From the NCBI GenBank assembly GCA_037447605.1, contig CM074813.1, positions 248,001 to 312,000 of the forward strand: 64,000 nt of DNA, written 5' to 3'. The DNA comes from Zygnema circumcarinatum SAG 698-1b (lineage: Eukaryota > Plantae > Zygnematophyceae). Positions 20,001-31,180 of the stretch are shown piece by piece; position 1 is the stretch's first letter; each line of letters starts with the position of its first letter. Both the position numbers and the translations under genes were made by a program. The notes beneath the pieces were generated by a model. The model searched no databases. It was not told the origin of the DNA and was given only the letters and a program-made list of their open reading frames with translations.

Positions 20001-22164
20001 TGGTTGGCGATAGCTGGGCAACGGCGCCACGCCTGCTTTCCAGCCGTCTCGCAAGTGCGAACGGCTGAATCGGAGCAGTTGGTCACCAGTGGAAAACTTC
20101 GTTTCGCGGTTGCAAACTTTCCGGCCCGGTTTGCAACCGGTGAATCCCTGTCAGCTCTCAGCACTCTCTGCTTTCTGCTTTGTCTCTCGCTCTCTCTCTC
20201 TCACTGAAACCTTTTGTATTTTTTAGGTACCAAATGCCTCGAAATTCGGCTTCTTCGACGGATAAATTGTCAGCAGGAACCTTGTTAATGAAACGACAGA
20301 TGGTCTGCCGTAATTGGTTGAGCGGTCTCGTATCTCCAGGTGTCAGCTTCTCAGAGGTTGACGCAGACCTCTGCCGCTTGGTTCAGATGTTTAAAACCCA
20401 TTCCCCTGCTTAGCTGTTGAACAATCTTTTGTTGACCCACTTTTTGGAGAAGAAGAATTTACTTTTACTTTTATGTTTAGTGCTTTTAAATCCTTACCCA
20501 CTGTTGGGGCTGTTTCGCTCCTTCCTACAATACCTCCTTTGTCCCTCCTGCAGACCTCCCTCCCTTCCCACCCTCTACCTCACTCTCCTCTCTCTCTTCC
20601 TACCTCCGCATCCTCACCCATTATCCCCTGAACCTCTCCCACCCTGATTTCTCTCCCCCTCCGCCTCCCTCTGGTTCTGGACCACTGCATACCCTCTACA
20701 TATTTTTCCACTCCCCCTCTCCCCCCTCTCTCTACTATCTCCCTCTCTCCCACTCCCATCCTCCTTGTTTCCACCTCCCTCTTCTTTACACATTCCCTCT
20801 CTATCCTCAACTCACTATCAACCTCCTCCTCCCCTCTCTCCCTCTCCCTCCTCTCATTCCCCACCGGCACACCTCTCTCCTGTACCACCAGCAGCTCTTT
20901 TGCACCCTCCTTCCTTCCATCACACTCCAGCCATCCTTATCTCTCCATACTTCGCATATTTTTCTCCCTCTCTCTCGCCCTCTCTCCCTCCCTCCCCCCT
21001 CCCCTCTCTCCCTCTCTCCCTCCCCCTCCCTCCCCTCCCCCCTTCCCTCCCTCCCTTCCCTCCCTCCCTTCACCCCTCCCCTCCCTCTACCTCCCCTCNN
21101 NNNNNNNNCCTCCCTCTCCCTCTCCCTCCCCTGCCCTCCCCTCCCGCCCGCCTGCTCTCGGCAGTTATTGTACGGCCGCTGGCACCACATGCTGACATTC
21201 GGCCATAATGCGACACTCTCCATATTGCGACTGTCATGCGACATCAAACGTGCGACACATTTGGCGACGTTTCTGGACGTTTTGGCCCCCACGTCTGTAG
21301 GCCGTACATCGCTGTACGAACTAACGCAGATCGCCATGGAAACTTGTCGGCGGCACACTTTTCCATGTGTGAAGATCTGAGAGATCCAGTTTTGTCGGCA
21401 GGACTTTGGCGCGACAGGCACTCGCTGGTTTGTCGTATCCAATCAACTAGTTAAGAAAAGTTGGAGCAGACCACAGATTGGCCGGCTGGAGCAGGAATAT
21501 ATTACCTACCAACGGCCAGGTTTGTCGTTCTAGCTTGTCGTTAATCATAAACTTCTAATTTATGCACATGCATATCTTTTACGACAAGACTGCAAGAGGC
21601 TGTCCGTACGCATGGACGATACTTTCGTGCATGAAAGATAAACTGACAAGACTATACGACAGCGCCGTATGTCCTCTCCTAATTTGTCCCATCTGACGTA
21701 CATAATCCCACGTGTGAAATTGTCACAGAGTCCAAGCATGACCGTACGCCGTCAGGTCCATCGAACATTGAGCTCCGGCCCGGGAAGGCGGGGACCTGCC
21801 GACGAAGATACGATAAACGTGCGGCGGTTGGAAGACGATCTCCAAAAAGGACTTTCTATGATGGGACAAAACATTTATCGCGGCGACCGACCAACCTCCA
21901 TTTGTCGTTTTGTAATAGGGCGGATGGCCGTTTGGCGTCTTCTATGCCGGCAGGGAACGTCCCGGCCGGCAGTTGGGACGCGTGTACGGCCGCCGCGGCC
22001 GGCGACGGCCTTCGTATTTGGACGGCAGCGGACAGTGGTAGGCACTGCAGTCGAGAGAGATACACAGCGAGGGGTGAGAGAGAGAGAGGAGAGAGAGAGG
22101 CAGAGAGTGAGGCAGAGAGTGAGGCAGAGAGAGAGAGAGAGAGAGGGAGAGAGGGAGAGCAGCC

Positions 22165-25017
22165 ATGGCATTGGCTAACGGAAATCGCCGCTGGGCCCTC
22201 CCCACCCTCCTCATTCTCGCCCTGATTCCCGTGGCGGTGAGTTTGACATCACAAAAATTTAAAATTTGAAGGGAAAAAAACCCGTCTTTGCATAGTGTAA
22301 TGTTGGAATTTATGGGATTCTTACAAGCACCAACACGTGTCTGGAGCTGACGGGGTTCTGGGGAGGTTCCATGCAGAGAGCGTGTTACTTTATGGGCGCG
22401 GCCGTCTGCGACACGTGCTGGGACGGGGCCGACTCCAAGGATGAGCCTATCGCCAGCTCCGAGGTACGTACTGCTTCTGAATTGTGGTTAGGGGGGCTGG
22501 GAGGGGGAGAGGGGGAGGGAGGCAGGAGAGGGAGAAGGAAGAGAGGGGGAGGGAGGGAGGAGAAGGGGCGAGAGGGAGGAGAGAGGTGGGGAAGGGAGAC
22601 GAGGGGGAGGGTCAGAGAAGAGGGAGAGGGATGGAGGAGAGGGAGAGGGAGGGAGACGAGGGGGAGGGAGGGAGACGAGGGGGAGGGAGGGAGGCGAGGG
22701 GGAGGGGAAGAGAGGAAGGAGGGGGGGAGGAGGGGGGAGGAGAAGGGGAAGGAAGGAGGGAGGGAGGAGAGGGGGAGGGAGGGAGGAGAGGAAGGGAGGG
22801 AGGAGGAGAGAGGAATGAGAGAGGGAGGGAGGGAGGGAGGGAGGGAGGGAGTAGAGGTTGAGGGTGGGAGGAGGGGGGAGGACGAGAGACGAGGGGGGGG
22901 GAGGGAGGAGAGGGAAGGAGGCAGGCCATGGAAGTGGAAGGAGAGCCGCAGGGGGAGGGAAGAGGGTTGGGAGGGCTAAGCAGTTAGCCCCCCCTCATAT
23001 TTTGAGAAGCACTTAGCTACTGATCGCCTTTGAAGATTGAATATAAAAAATACACATTCGAATTTCATAATTTTTTTTTTCCCAACTTGGTATCGAGCCT
23101 CCCCCCTAAACTAAAAAATCCTGGATCCGCCCCCTCCCCTTCCTTAGTCGAATGGGCCGAGTGCTGACGTTCCATGCCACGTGTGCCAATCAGATCACTG
23201 TGAACTGCACCATCGTGTCGACCACAAAGTCGCCGAACCCTCTCTTTGTGTGGGCCGCAGGGAAAACCGCCACCGACGGAACTTTCCAGGTTCAGTTTAC
23301 CCCCTCCCCCTTCCCTCATTACCTTATTTGTACCATCGTCCGCCAAAGGTCCGCCCGTCTGATACTGGGTTTTGTCATTCATTGACTCATAAAAGCTGGC
23401 TGCCACGTGTCTGCAGCTCCCGTTGACCGGTACGTCAACGTCGGGGAATGTCGATGCGGTCTTCCTTGACTGGCTGTTTGTCAACGCGAATCCGACAAAA
23501 GGCGTACGCCCCACTGCGTACGTGGCGGGCTGCTACGTTCAGATCGCGAGCGCCACGTGTCCTATTCGGACAGCTGGCAATGCATGCGCCATCGGCGCCT
23601 CCCTGGTCGGTTTTCTTTCGCAAAATTCATTCAAATTCGAAACACTTTTGCTGGTGTGCTGCTGCGACTGCTCCTCTATGCTGCGAATGACAAGGAGAGC
23701 TGAACACGCCTTTCCTTCTATTGTTGTTGGTCGGTGCTGTGCAGACGAACGGGTTCATCGGCGGCGGCAACATGGCGCTGACGCAGCTGACGGGCTCGAC
23801 GGCGGACCTGCAAATCAACGGCGGCGTGTGCTACGCGCCGAGCGCAAAGAAGGCCACGTGTCCCACCACGCCGGGCGGCAAGGGGGACCCTCACTTCACA
23901 GGGGCGGACGGCTCTCACTTCGACTTCTCCGGTAGGCCAACAAAATCTGTAAACCGCAGTAAACCTCCTTATAAATTTAAAATATATTGAGATAATTCCA
24001 TCGTTTGCCTTTGAAACCACGCACAATACCTCACTAATAATGTCACGTTCTCTATTGCACTTTGACAGGCGAACCCAACAGCACTTTCAGCCTGATCAGC
24101 GACGCGCATCTCCATGTGAACGTGTTCTACGGCGGCCGTTACGGGCAGTGGGGGGACAACCCTCACAAGGCGCTCACATGGATCCGCAAAATGGGCGTCC
24201 TCTGGGGGCACCACACAATCGCGCTGGAGGCACGCGAGGGCGCCAGGTGGCAGTACGACACTGGCTACATGGCGCGGATGGAGATCGACGGCGAGGAGGT
24301 GCGCCTAGAGAAGGCGGGAGACTCCGTAAAACTCGCGGGGGGCGACATAGAACTGCGTTGGGTCGCCGCCAAGGAGCGGAGCGCCGACGATTTCGTCGAC
24401 GTGTACGATCTGACGGTGGGGAACGTCCTGAAAATGAGGCTGACCCTTCGACCGGAGATCGCGATGCTGCGCACTGAATCGGACGGCGTGGTGCACTTTG
24501 ACTTTGAGGTGGTGGCCGTCGATGTGTCGGAGAACGCTCACGGCATTTTGGGGCAGACCTTCCGAAACGACCACAGGGACCGATTGTGAGTGGCTCTGCT
24601 TCGCGAGTTTTTAATGGACCGACTTTCGGTTTCAGGGTTGAGGGTGTAAGGCTTAGAGATAAGGGGCTGTGCATGGCGATGCTCTATGCTTGATTTTGCC
24701 GTGCCAAAACCTCTAATGTAGGGTGGGTTTCTTGGTATGGGTTTTGCAGGAAGGGTCAGCAGTTGACATACAATGAGCTCCTTCGGACGGAGGTTGTGCC
24801 GGGAGACAATGCGGAGGGGTTCCTGGACGGCGTCATCAGCGACTACCGCACTTCGGGACTGCTCCGCGCCGACTGCCAATTCAATCGCTTCACTCGCGCC
24901 GCCGCTCGGGACGCAGAAACGGCGCAGGCAATAGAGCTGACGTCATCCACTATTGTCGTGGGGGGCGATGACCAGACGGTCGCCACTACACGCCTTTGGC
25001 GGAAACGATTGTTTTAG
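22165..25017 (+). CDS. Secreted root-cap/LEA-related family protein with a VWD-like GDPHF domain, 6 exons
   Basis: Exons 22165-22236 (signal peptide), 22377-22463, 23417-23605, 23745-23931 (GDPHFTGADGSHFDFSG), 24069-24585 (FSLISDAHLHVN...HGILGQTFR), 24750-25017 (GFLDGVISDYRTSGLLRADCQF). These motifs match the Root_cap domain family and phases are consistent. Confidence 0.85.
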
Positions 25018-25460
25018 AAGTGTTCGGTCTGTTGCTAGAATAATCAGCCACTTAAAAATAATTCCTTGTTATATAACCTTGGTGGGTGTAACTTCGAATA
25101 CGTCTAAATGTCTATTAAGCTTTTCAAGCTCTATCACGAGAAGGTGATTCAAGTTGATCCACTTATTCAAAATCTTGAGAAATTTCCTCAACTTTCAACT
25201 CTCTTCTTACCGCCCCCTCTCTCTCGCTTTCTCGCCCATTCTCTCTCCCGTTCCATCTCCCTTTCTCTCTCCCTTGCCTTCGTCCTCTCCCTCGTCTTCG
25301 TCCTCTCCCTCGCCTCGTCCCTCTCCCTCCCGCCCCCCCCCTCAGCTTTCTCGCTCTCGCGCTCTCTCTCTTCCTCTCTCTCTCTCTCTCTTCATACCCG
25401 TAAAATGGGCTTCGTCAGACCCGTAAAATGGGCTTCGTCAGACACTAATAAGGTGGGTGG

Positions 25461-25986
25461 GGGTGGGGGTCCATCAGCGTTTGCCTGTACCGCCACATCG
25501 GATCATTAGGGGGTGTCAGACTTAAAAAATTTCAGTACGCGTGTTCGTAAGTTTGACATCAGAACGAGTACTCCAGTATAATCGCGATCCTCTTGCGGCG
25601 GAGTACTTTCGTAACCTTTTTTTTCGTAACGCTTTTCGTAAGATTTTGTTAAGTCTGACACCCCCTATTAGTCATGAAGGGAGAATTGCGGGTTCCATCA
25701 GAGGTCACGCGAGCCAATCAGCGGACGCCACGCGGCGGCGCACGATTGGCCACGCGTTGGCGGCTGTGCGCCAGCGTGGCCGCCGTACCCCCGTGGCATC
25801 TCGAACGGATCTTCAACGCCACGCGGCGGCGCACGATTGGAAAACTCAGGCGTAGTTAGGCGTAGTTTGTAGGTACGCCTGTACCTCCACGTCGGTCCTA
25901 GTCGGCGCCACGACGGCGCCACATCATCCTCCAAAACTACGCCTGTACCTCCACGTCGGCGAAAAAACGCTGATGGACCCCCACCC
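25461..25986 (+). mobile_element. MITE M1, a deletion derivative of the neighbouring Harbinger element, carrying a nested small MITE
   Basis: TIR GGGTGGGGGTCCATCAGCGTTT at both ends, with TAA after the right end. The body joins the Harbinger left-end and right-end subterminal sequences. Confidence 0.85.
25509..25665. mobile_element. Small MITE with TIR GGGGGTGTCAGACTTAA, nested in M1
   Basis: Inverted termini gggggtgtcagacttaa...ttaagtctgacaccccc flanked by TA. It interrupts the sequence ggatca-gtcatgaagg, which is contiguous at 26041 and 39161. A homologue lies at 45811-45941. Confidence 0.8.
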
Positions 25987-26738
25987 TAATATAATGAATA
26001 AGGGTGGGGGTCCATCAGCGTTTGCCTGTACCGCCACATCGGATCATGAGTCATGAAGGGAGAATTGCGGGTTCCATCAGAGGTCGCGCGAGCCAATCAG
26101 CGGACGCCACGTGGACACACTTACTCGTCCACCGTGGCCCACCGCGGTTACCGTACGTGCGTCGCCAACGGGAAGGGTTGAGCGGAGGCGCTACCGTACG
26201 GCCGCCACCGCCGCCGCCGCCACCGTTCCGCCCTGTCCGAGTGCCCTTCCTCCTTCGGCCTCTTAGCAGCGCTTTATTCTGCACGTTTTCTTGCCAAGGC
26301 TCAATTTTTGGACAGGCAGTTCGACAATGGATCCAAGAGTGATGATGTTTTTTTTCGCATTAGTGAACATTCTGCTCATTGGAGAAGCAAATATGACGGA
26401 GTTAAATATATTGTTGTTGGAGGTTTCTAAGCAGAGGAGGTCACAGAGGCGGCAATCAATTGAGCGTTTTGCAGAACGTTCATGGAAAGAATATTGCTCA
26501 CGTCTTTGCAGGCAAGACATAGGGATGTACTACATTTTGCATCGATCTACTCATTTTTCATTGCATTTAATAGAATGGATAACAGATGAACAGTATAGAA
26601 GAATGTTCAGACTTTCCAGGCCACTTGTTTCTGAATTAACCTCTTATTTAGTAGATTCTTTGCAAACAAACCCTCCCAATGCGTTCCTTGACATTCCAAA
26701 CCGTCTCCTTGAAGTCCGTAGACAGGTAGAGATGTGTC

Positions 26739-27557
26739 TGTTGGAAACTAGAGCCTGGTCTCTCTCACTTGCTGGACTCTCAGACATGCTTGTAATTCAG
26801 CGAACACACCCACCCCCAATGCACACACCGGAAGGAGAGAATGAAAGCTGAGAAATGAAACACCGAGAGATGAAGTAAGAGGAGAAAGCCCCACCGGCTC
26901 AAAACTCCTTAAAATAGATAAGAAGGGTTACACACAGAAATTCAGCCCTCAGGCGATTCCTACTGCTCTGCCCTACACTCCTATCTACTGCTGCCCATAC
27001 AGCAGGCCTCTACACTCAGCACCACGAGCCGAGATGCAAGGTTCTAAGGGTAACTAGCACTATGCACTAAGCAAACTAAATACTAGCCGCTGAAGCACCT
27101 CCACGTTCCACCGCGTGCCACCGCGTTCCACCTCCATGTCGTCGAGGTCGCTCCGCGCCTTCTGGAGTTCGCTCCGCGCCGCGCGGGAGCTCAGCTCGAG
27201 AGGCCGCCATGGGGAGGGGAGTGTCCGTACCGAAAACTCCCTCCGAAAGCTCCTCCGTCGCTCCGAACCTTCCGCGCTCCTTCGCGCCTCCAATAATCCG
27301 TACTAAGCTAACTCATAGCCGCGCGACCTATCGTCGCGCGCCACGTGTCTACATCACTTATCGATTCTAAGCGGACTCCACTGGTGGCGCGGCCTATCGC
27401 CGCCCTCCACGTGTCCTATTCAAACCTGTCGTCTTCCCACTAAGAACAGCGCTCTAGCGCACTGTTCAGACTGTGACCGAATCTACCAAGGACCGCCGAC
27501 ACTAGCTAAGGACCGTAAAGTGTACTACGTTGTTCTATACCCCTATTGTACACTACA
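26739..27557 (-). repeat. Copia LTR (outer, 3' LTR of the tandem), 819 bp
   Basis: tgttggaaac...tacactaca, adjacent to the PPT. Confidence 0.95.
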
Positions 27558-27574
27558 TTCCCCCTCTCGGTCCG

Positions 27575-30395
27575 CTAGCCACTAAATGGTCCGACGCCAA
27601 TCAGTACGGAATTCTTCCATACCGTTTCCCCGTTGGCCCCCTTGGTCATCATGTCGGCCGCTTGTTCTTTTGTGCCGACAAATCCAATGGTCAGCAGTCC
27701 GTCTTCGACCTGCTCCCTAACGTAATGATACTGGAGCCTGATATGCTTCGATCTCTTGTGAAACACTGGATTCTCTATCAAAGCAATCGACGACTGGTTG
27801 TCAGTGAGGAGATGTACCGGATACTGAGGACGCTGGCATTCATCGAAAAAGTTCTGAAGCCAGATTCCCTCCTTGGACGCGTGGCAGGCCGCGATATACT
27901 CAGCCTCTGTGCTTGAAAGTGCAACCGTATCCTGGAGCTTGGAGCTCCACGTCACCGCGCCGCCCGCATTAATGAACGCGTAACCTGAGGTTGATTTGGA
28001 AGTATCGTAATCGCCGCCCCAGTCAGCATCCGTATATCCGTACACTTGGTTCTCTCCTCCTTCATAATTAATCCCGAAGTTTGTCGTACCTTTCACATAC
28101 CGAAAGATCCTTTTGACCGCCTCCCAATGTGTACGGCCCGGGTTCTCCATGTACTTTGAGGCCGTGCTGACTGCTTTGGCCAGGTCAGGCCGAGTGCCGA
28201 CCATCAAGTACATGAGGCTTCCGATCGCGGACCTGTACGGAATCCGAGCCATCTCCTTCGCCTCCTTCTCTGTCCTGGGCGACATCGCACGTGTGAGGTG
28301 GATGGAGGGGTCCATGGGACTGGTAACAGGCCTGGAGTCCTGCATCCCGAACTTCAGAAGGATGTCCTTCGCATATTTCTCCTGAGAGAGAAATAAGCTC
28401 CCCTCCTGCCCCCTCTTGAGCTGGATCCCTAATAGATACTCTGCCTCTCCTAAGTCTGACATCTGGAAGTTAGACTTGAGGAGGTCCTTGAGGTTCTGAA
28501 TTCCGGCCATGGAGGGGCTGATGATGATGAGGTCGTCCACGTATATCCCCACGTACATCACATTCGCCCCCTCTCCTTTCATATAAACTGAATGGTTAGT
28601 CTCAAACCTTGCAAATCCATTCTGTTGCAAAAGGTTATTTATCTTCACACACCAGATCCTTGGGGTCCTCTTGAGCTGATGAACATTCATATTCTCAGTA
28701 GCAGCTATGCAAAGCAAAGATCGCAATGCATTGAGTTTCACTATGGTGGAGTCAACTAGATCGTTCGGCGTCCTCCATCTTACTCCTCTCAAGTCCCCCT
28801 GGATTTCGTAGAACGGAGCAAATCCTGTTGCGTCATTGTCCAACAAGACCTCTGTCCCAGTTTCCGTTTCGCCATCCTCCTGTACGGCCAGCAAGGCAAG
28901 TGGTACGGACAAAGGTCCGGCCTCACTTGCTGATGTGGCGGCAGGTTCCGCGGGCTCAAGCACGATCAACGGTTCGGATGGCGAGCCCGGCGTGACCGGT
29001 GACGCTCCCTCCGAATCGAACTCCATCTGCGCATCCAACGGCGCCAATTCCGCTTGCTCTGTCACGTCACGTGGTGTAAGATCCGTGTGATCAACGGTCG
29101 CCTCCGGTCGGCTCATTTCCACCGTGGATTCGAAGTAAGCAAGCACTCCTCCTGGGATCGGCGAATCTCCACCGTCCGCTTCATAAAATTTTTCGAAATT
29201 GGTCCTTGGCCCAATTTCCTCCTCAAAACTCTTGTCGTCATCCTCTGTTGGATACTCCTGTACGACAAGGTCTCTGCTCCTCTCTCCGAACGCCTTCAGC
29301 TCTGCGAAGGAGGCTTCTTCCGAGAGCATGCGCTGGGAAACACGAGAGTCAGCGAGTCGTGGGGGTGGGGCCACAGTTTCACGGACTAATCCCAAAAACT
29401 CTGCTCGTTCAGAACCACTCCGTGCACCCAACCGCATCGTGACTTTTGCTTGGGTAGAGCTGCCTTGGCAAGCAGCGGACTTGTGTCCCTTCTTGCCGCA
29501 GTTGTAGCACGTCCCTCGAAAGGTAGACCTCTCTCTGGTCTCTTCGTCACTCGAAGGCTCTTCTGACTGCTCGGTTTGTCCCTTGTTCCGGAAGCAGTCC
29601 GTTGAAAGATGGCCGGGCTTCCCGCAAGTGAAGCACGTGGGGCTCTTTCTGTCCCCGGTCGTTCTTCCCCTTCTCCCTTCCAAAATTCTTCGAACGAATT
29701 AGAAGGACATTATCAGCGCCTAACTTCTCCTTTTCTAACAGCAAGTCACACTCTCTGATCCTGCCCTTTACTTGCTCCAACGTCATAGGAAGACAAGTTA
29801 GCTGGGTTCTCAGAGATTCTACAGCTTGGGCATACTTGCTTGTTAGTCCTACCAGAAATTGATGGATCTGGCTAGGTAAGGGAATCGGCTGCTTAGCCAC
29901 TACGCACTTCTGCATTAGGCTATCAAATTTGACCATGTAGTTAGTCAGGGTCTCACCCTTCTCCATTCTGAATGCACCTATTTCAGCATACAGATTAACC
30001 GGCAACCCTCCTTCTGCAACTTCATAAACTGCCTGGAGACTCTTCCACATTTCAGCAGCAGAAGACAGGTCTAGCAGCATGGCTGAAGGGGCGTTGCCTA
30101 CTGTCATGGCAATATAACCTGCGGCCTTGTAGTTTTTCTCGTGCCATAGGTAGTATGCCTTCTTTGCCGCCGCCCCCTCAGAGTCGGCCGGAAGAGGTGG
30201 TTCTTGGATGGTACCATCAACGAACTTGAGCAGTCCCTTGCTCTCAAGCAAGTACTTCATCCTCCACCTCCATTGTCTGAAGTCTGTCCCCTCGAAAATC
30301 GGGACCTTGTACCTGGGCTCCTCCTCTGAGGATGCTCTGATACCACTGTTGGAAACTAGAGCCTGGTCTCTCTCACTTGCTGCACTCTCAGACAT
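27575..30395 (-). pseudogene. Copia gag-partial RT-RNase H ORF, copy A, frameshifted
   Basis: Near-identical to copy B, but the C run at ~29653 has 4 C versus 6 C at ~33259, splitting it into ORFs 29547-30395 and 27575-29683. Confidence 0.9.
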
Positions 30396-31163
30396 CCTTG
30401 CACTTCAGCGAACACACCCTCCCAATGCACACACCGGAAAGAGAATGAAAGCTGAAAAGAAAAGAACACCGAGAAGTGAAGTAAGAGGAGAAAGCCCCAC
30501 CGGCTCAAAACTCCTTAAAAATAGATAAGAAGGGTTACACACAGAAATTCAGCCCTCAGGCGATTCCTACTGCTCTGCCCTACACTCCTATCTACTGCTG
30601 CCCATACAGCAGGCCTCTACACTCAGCACCACGAGCCGAGATGCAAGGTTCTAAGGGTAACTAGCACTATGCACTAAGCAAACTAAATACTAGCCGCTGA
30701 AGCACCTCCACGTTCCACCGCGTGCCACCGCGTTCCACCTCCATGTCGTCGAGGTCGCTCCGCGCCTTCTGGAGTTCGCTCCGCGCCGCGCGGGAGCTCA
30801 GCTCGAGAGGCCGCCATGGGGAGGGGAGTGTCCGTACCGAAACTCCCTCCGAAAGCTCCTCCGTCGCTCCGAACCTTCCGCGCTCCTTCGCGCCTCCAAT
30901 AATCCGTACTAAGCTAACTCATAGCCGCGCGACCTATCGTCGCGCGCCACGTGTCTACATCACTTATCGATTCTAAGCGGACTCCACTGGTGGCGCGGCC
31001 TATCGCCGCCCTCCACGTGTCATATTCAAACCTGTCGTCTTCCCACTAAGAACAGCGCTCTAGCGCACTGTTCAGACTGTGACCGAATCTACCAAGGACC
31101 GCCGACACTAGCTAAGGACCGTAAAGTGTACTACGTTGTTCTATACCCCTATTGTACACTACA
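30347..31163 (-). repeat. Copia LTR (shared middle), 817 bp
   Basis: Flanked by a PBS on one side and a PPT on the other. Divergent from the outer LTRs over ~30385-30480. Confidence 0.95.
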
Positions 31164-31180
31164 TTCCCCCTCTCGGTCCG

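Noticed and set aside
20200-21520. Exon-like fragments (e.g. LLYGRWHHMLTFGHNATLSILRLSCD after a CT-rich tract)
   Set aside because: No recognisable domain and no consistent multi-exon frame could be assembled.
25387-25445. 23-bp direct duplication cccgtaaaatgggcttcgtcaga
   Set aside because: A simple two-copy slippage duplication with no associated structure.
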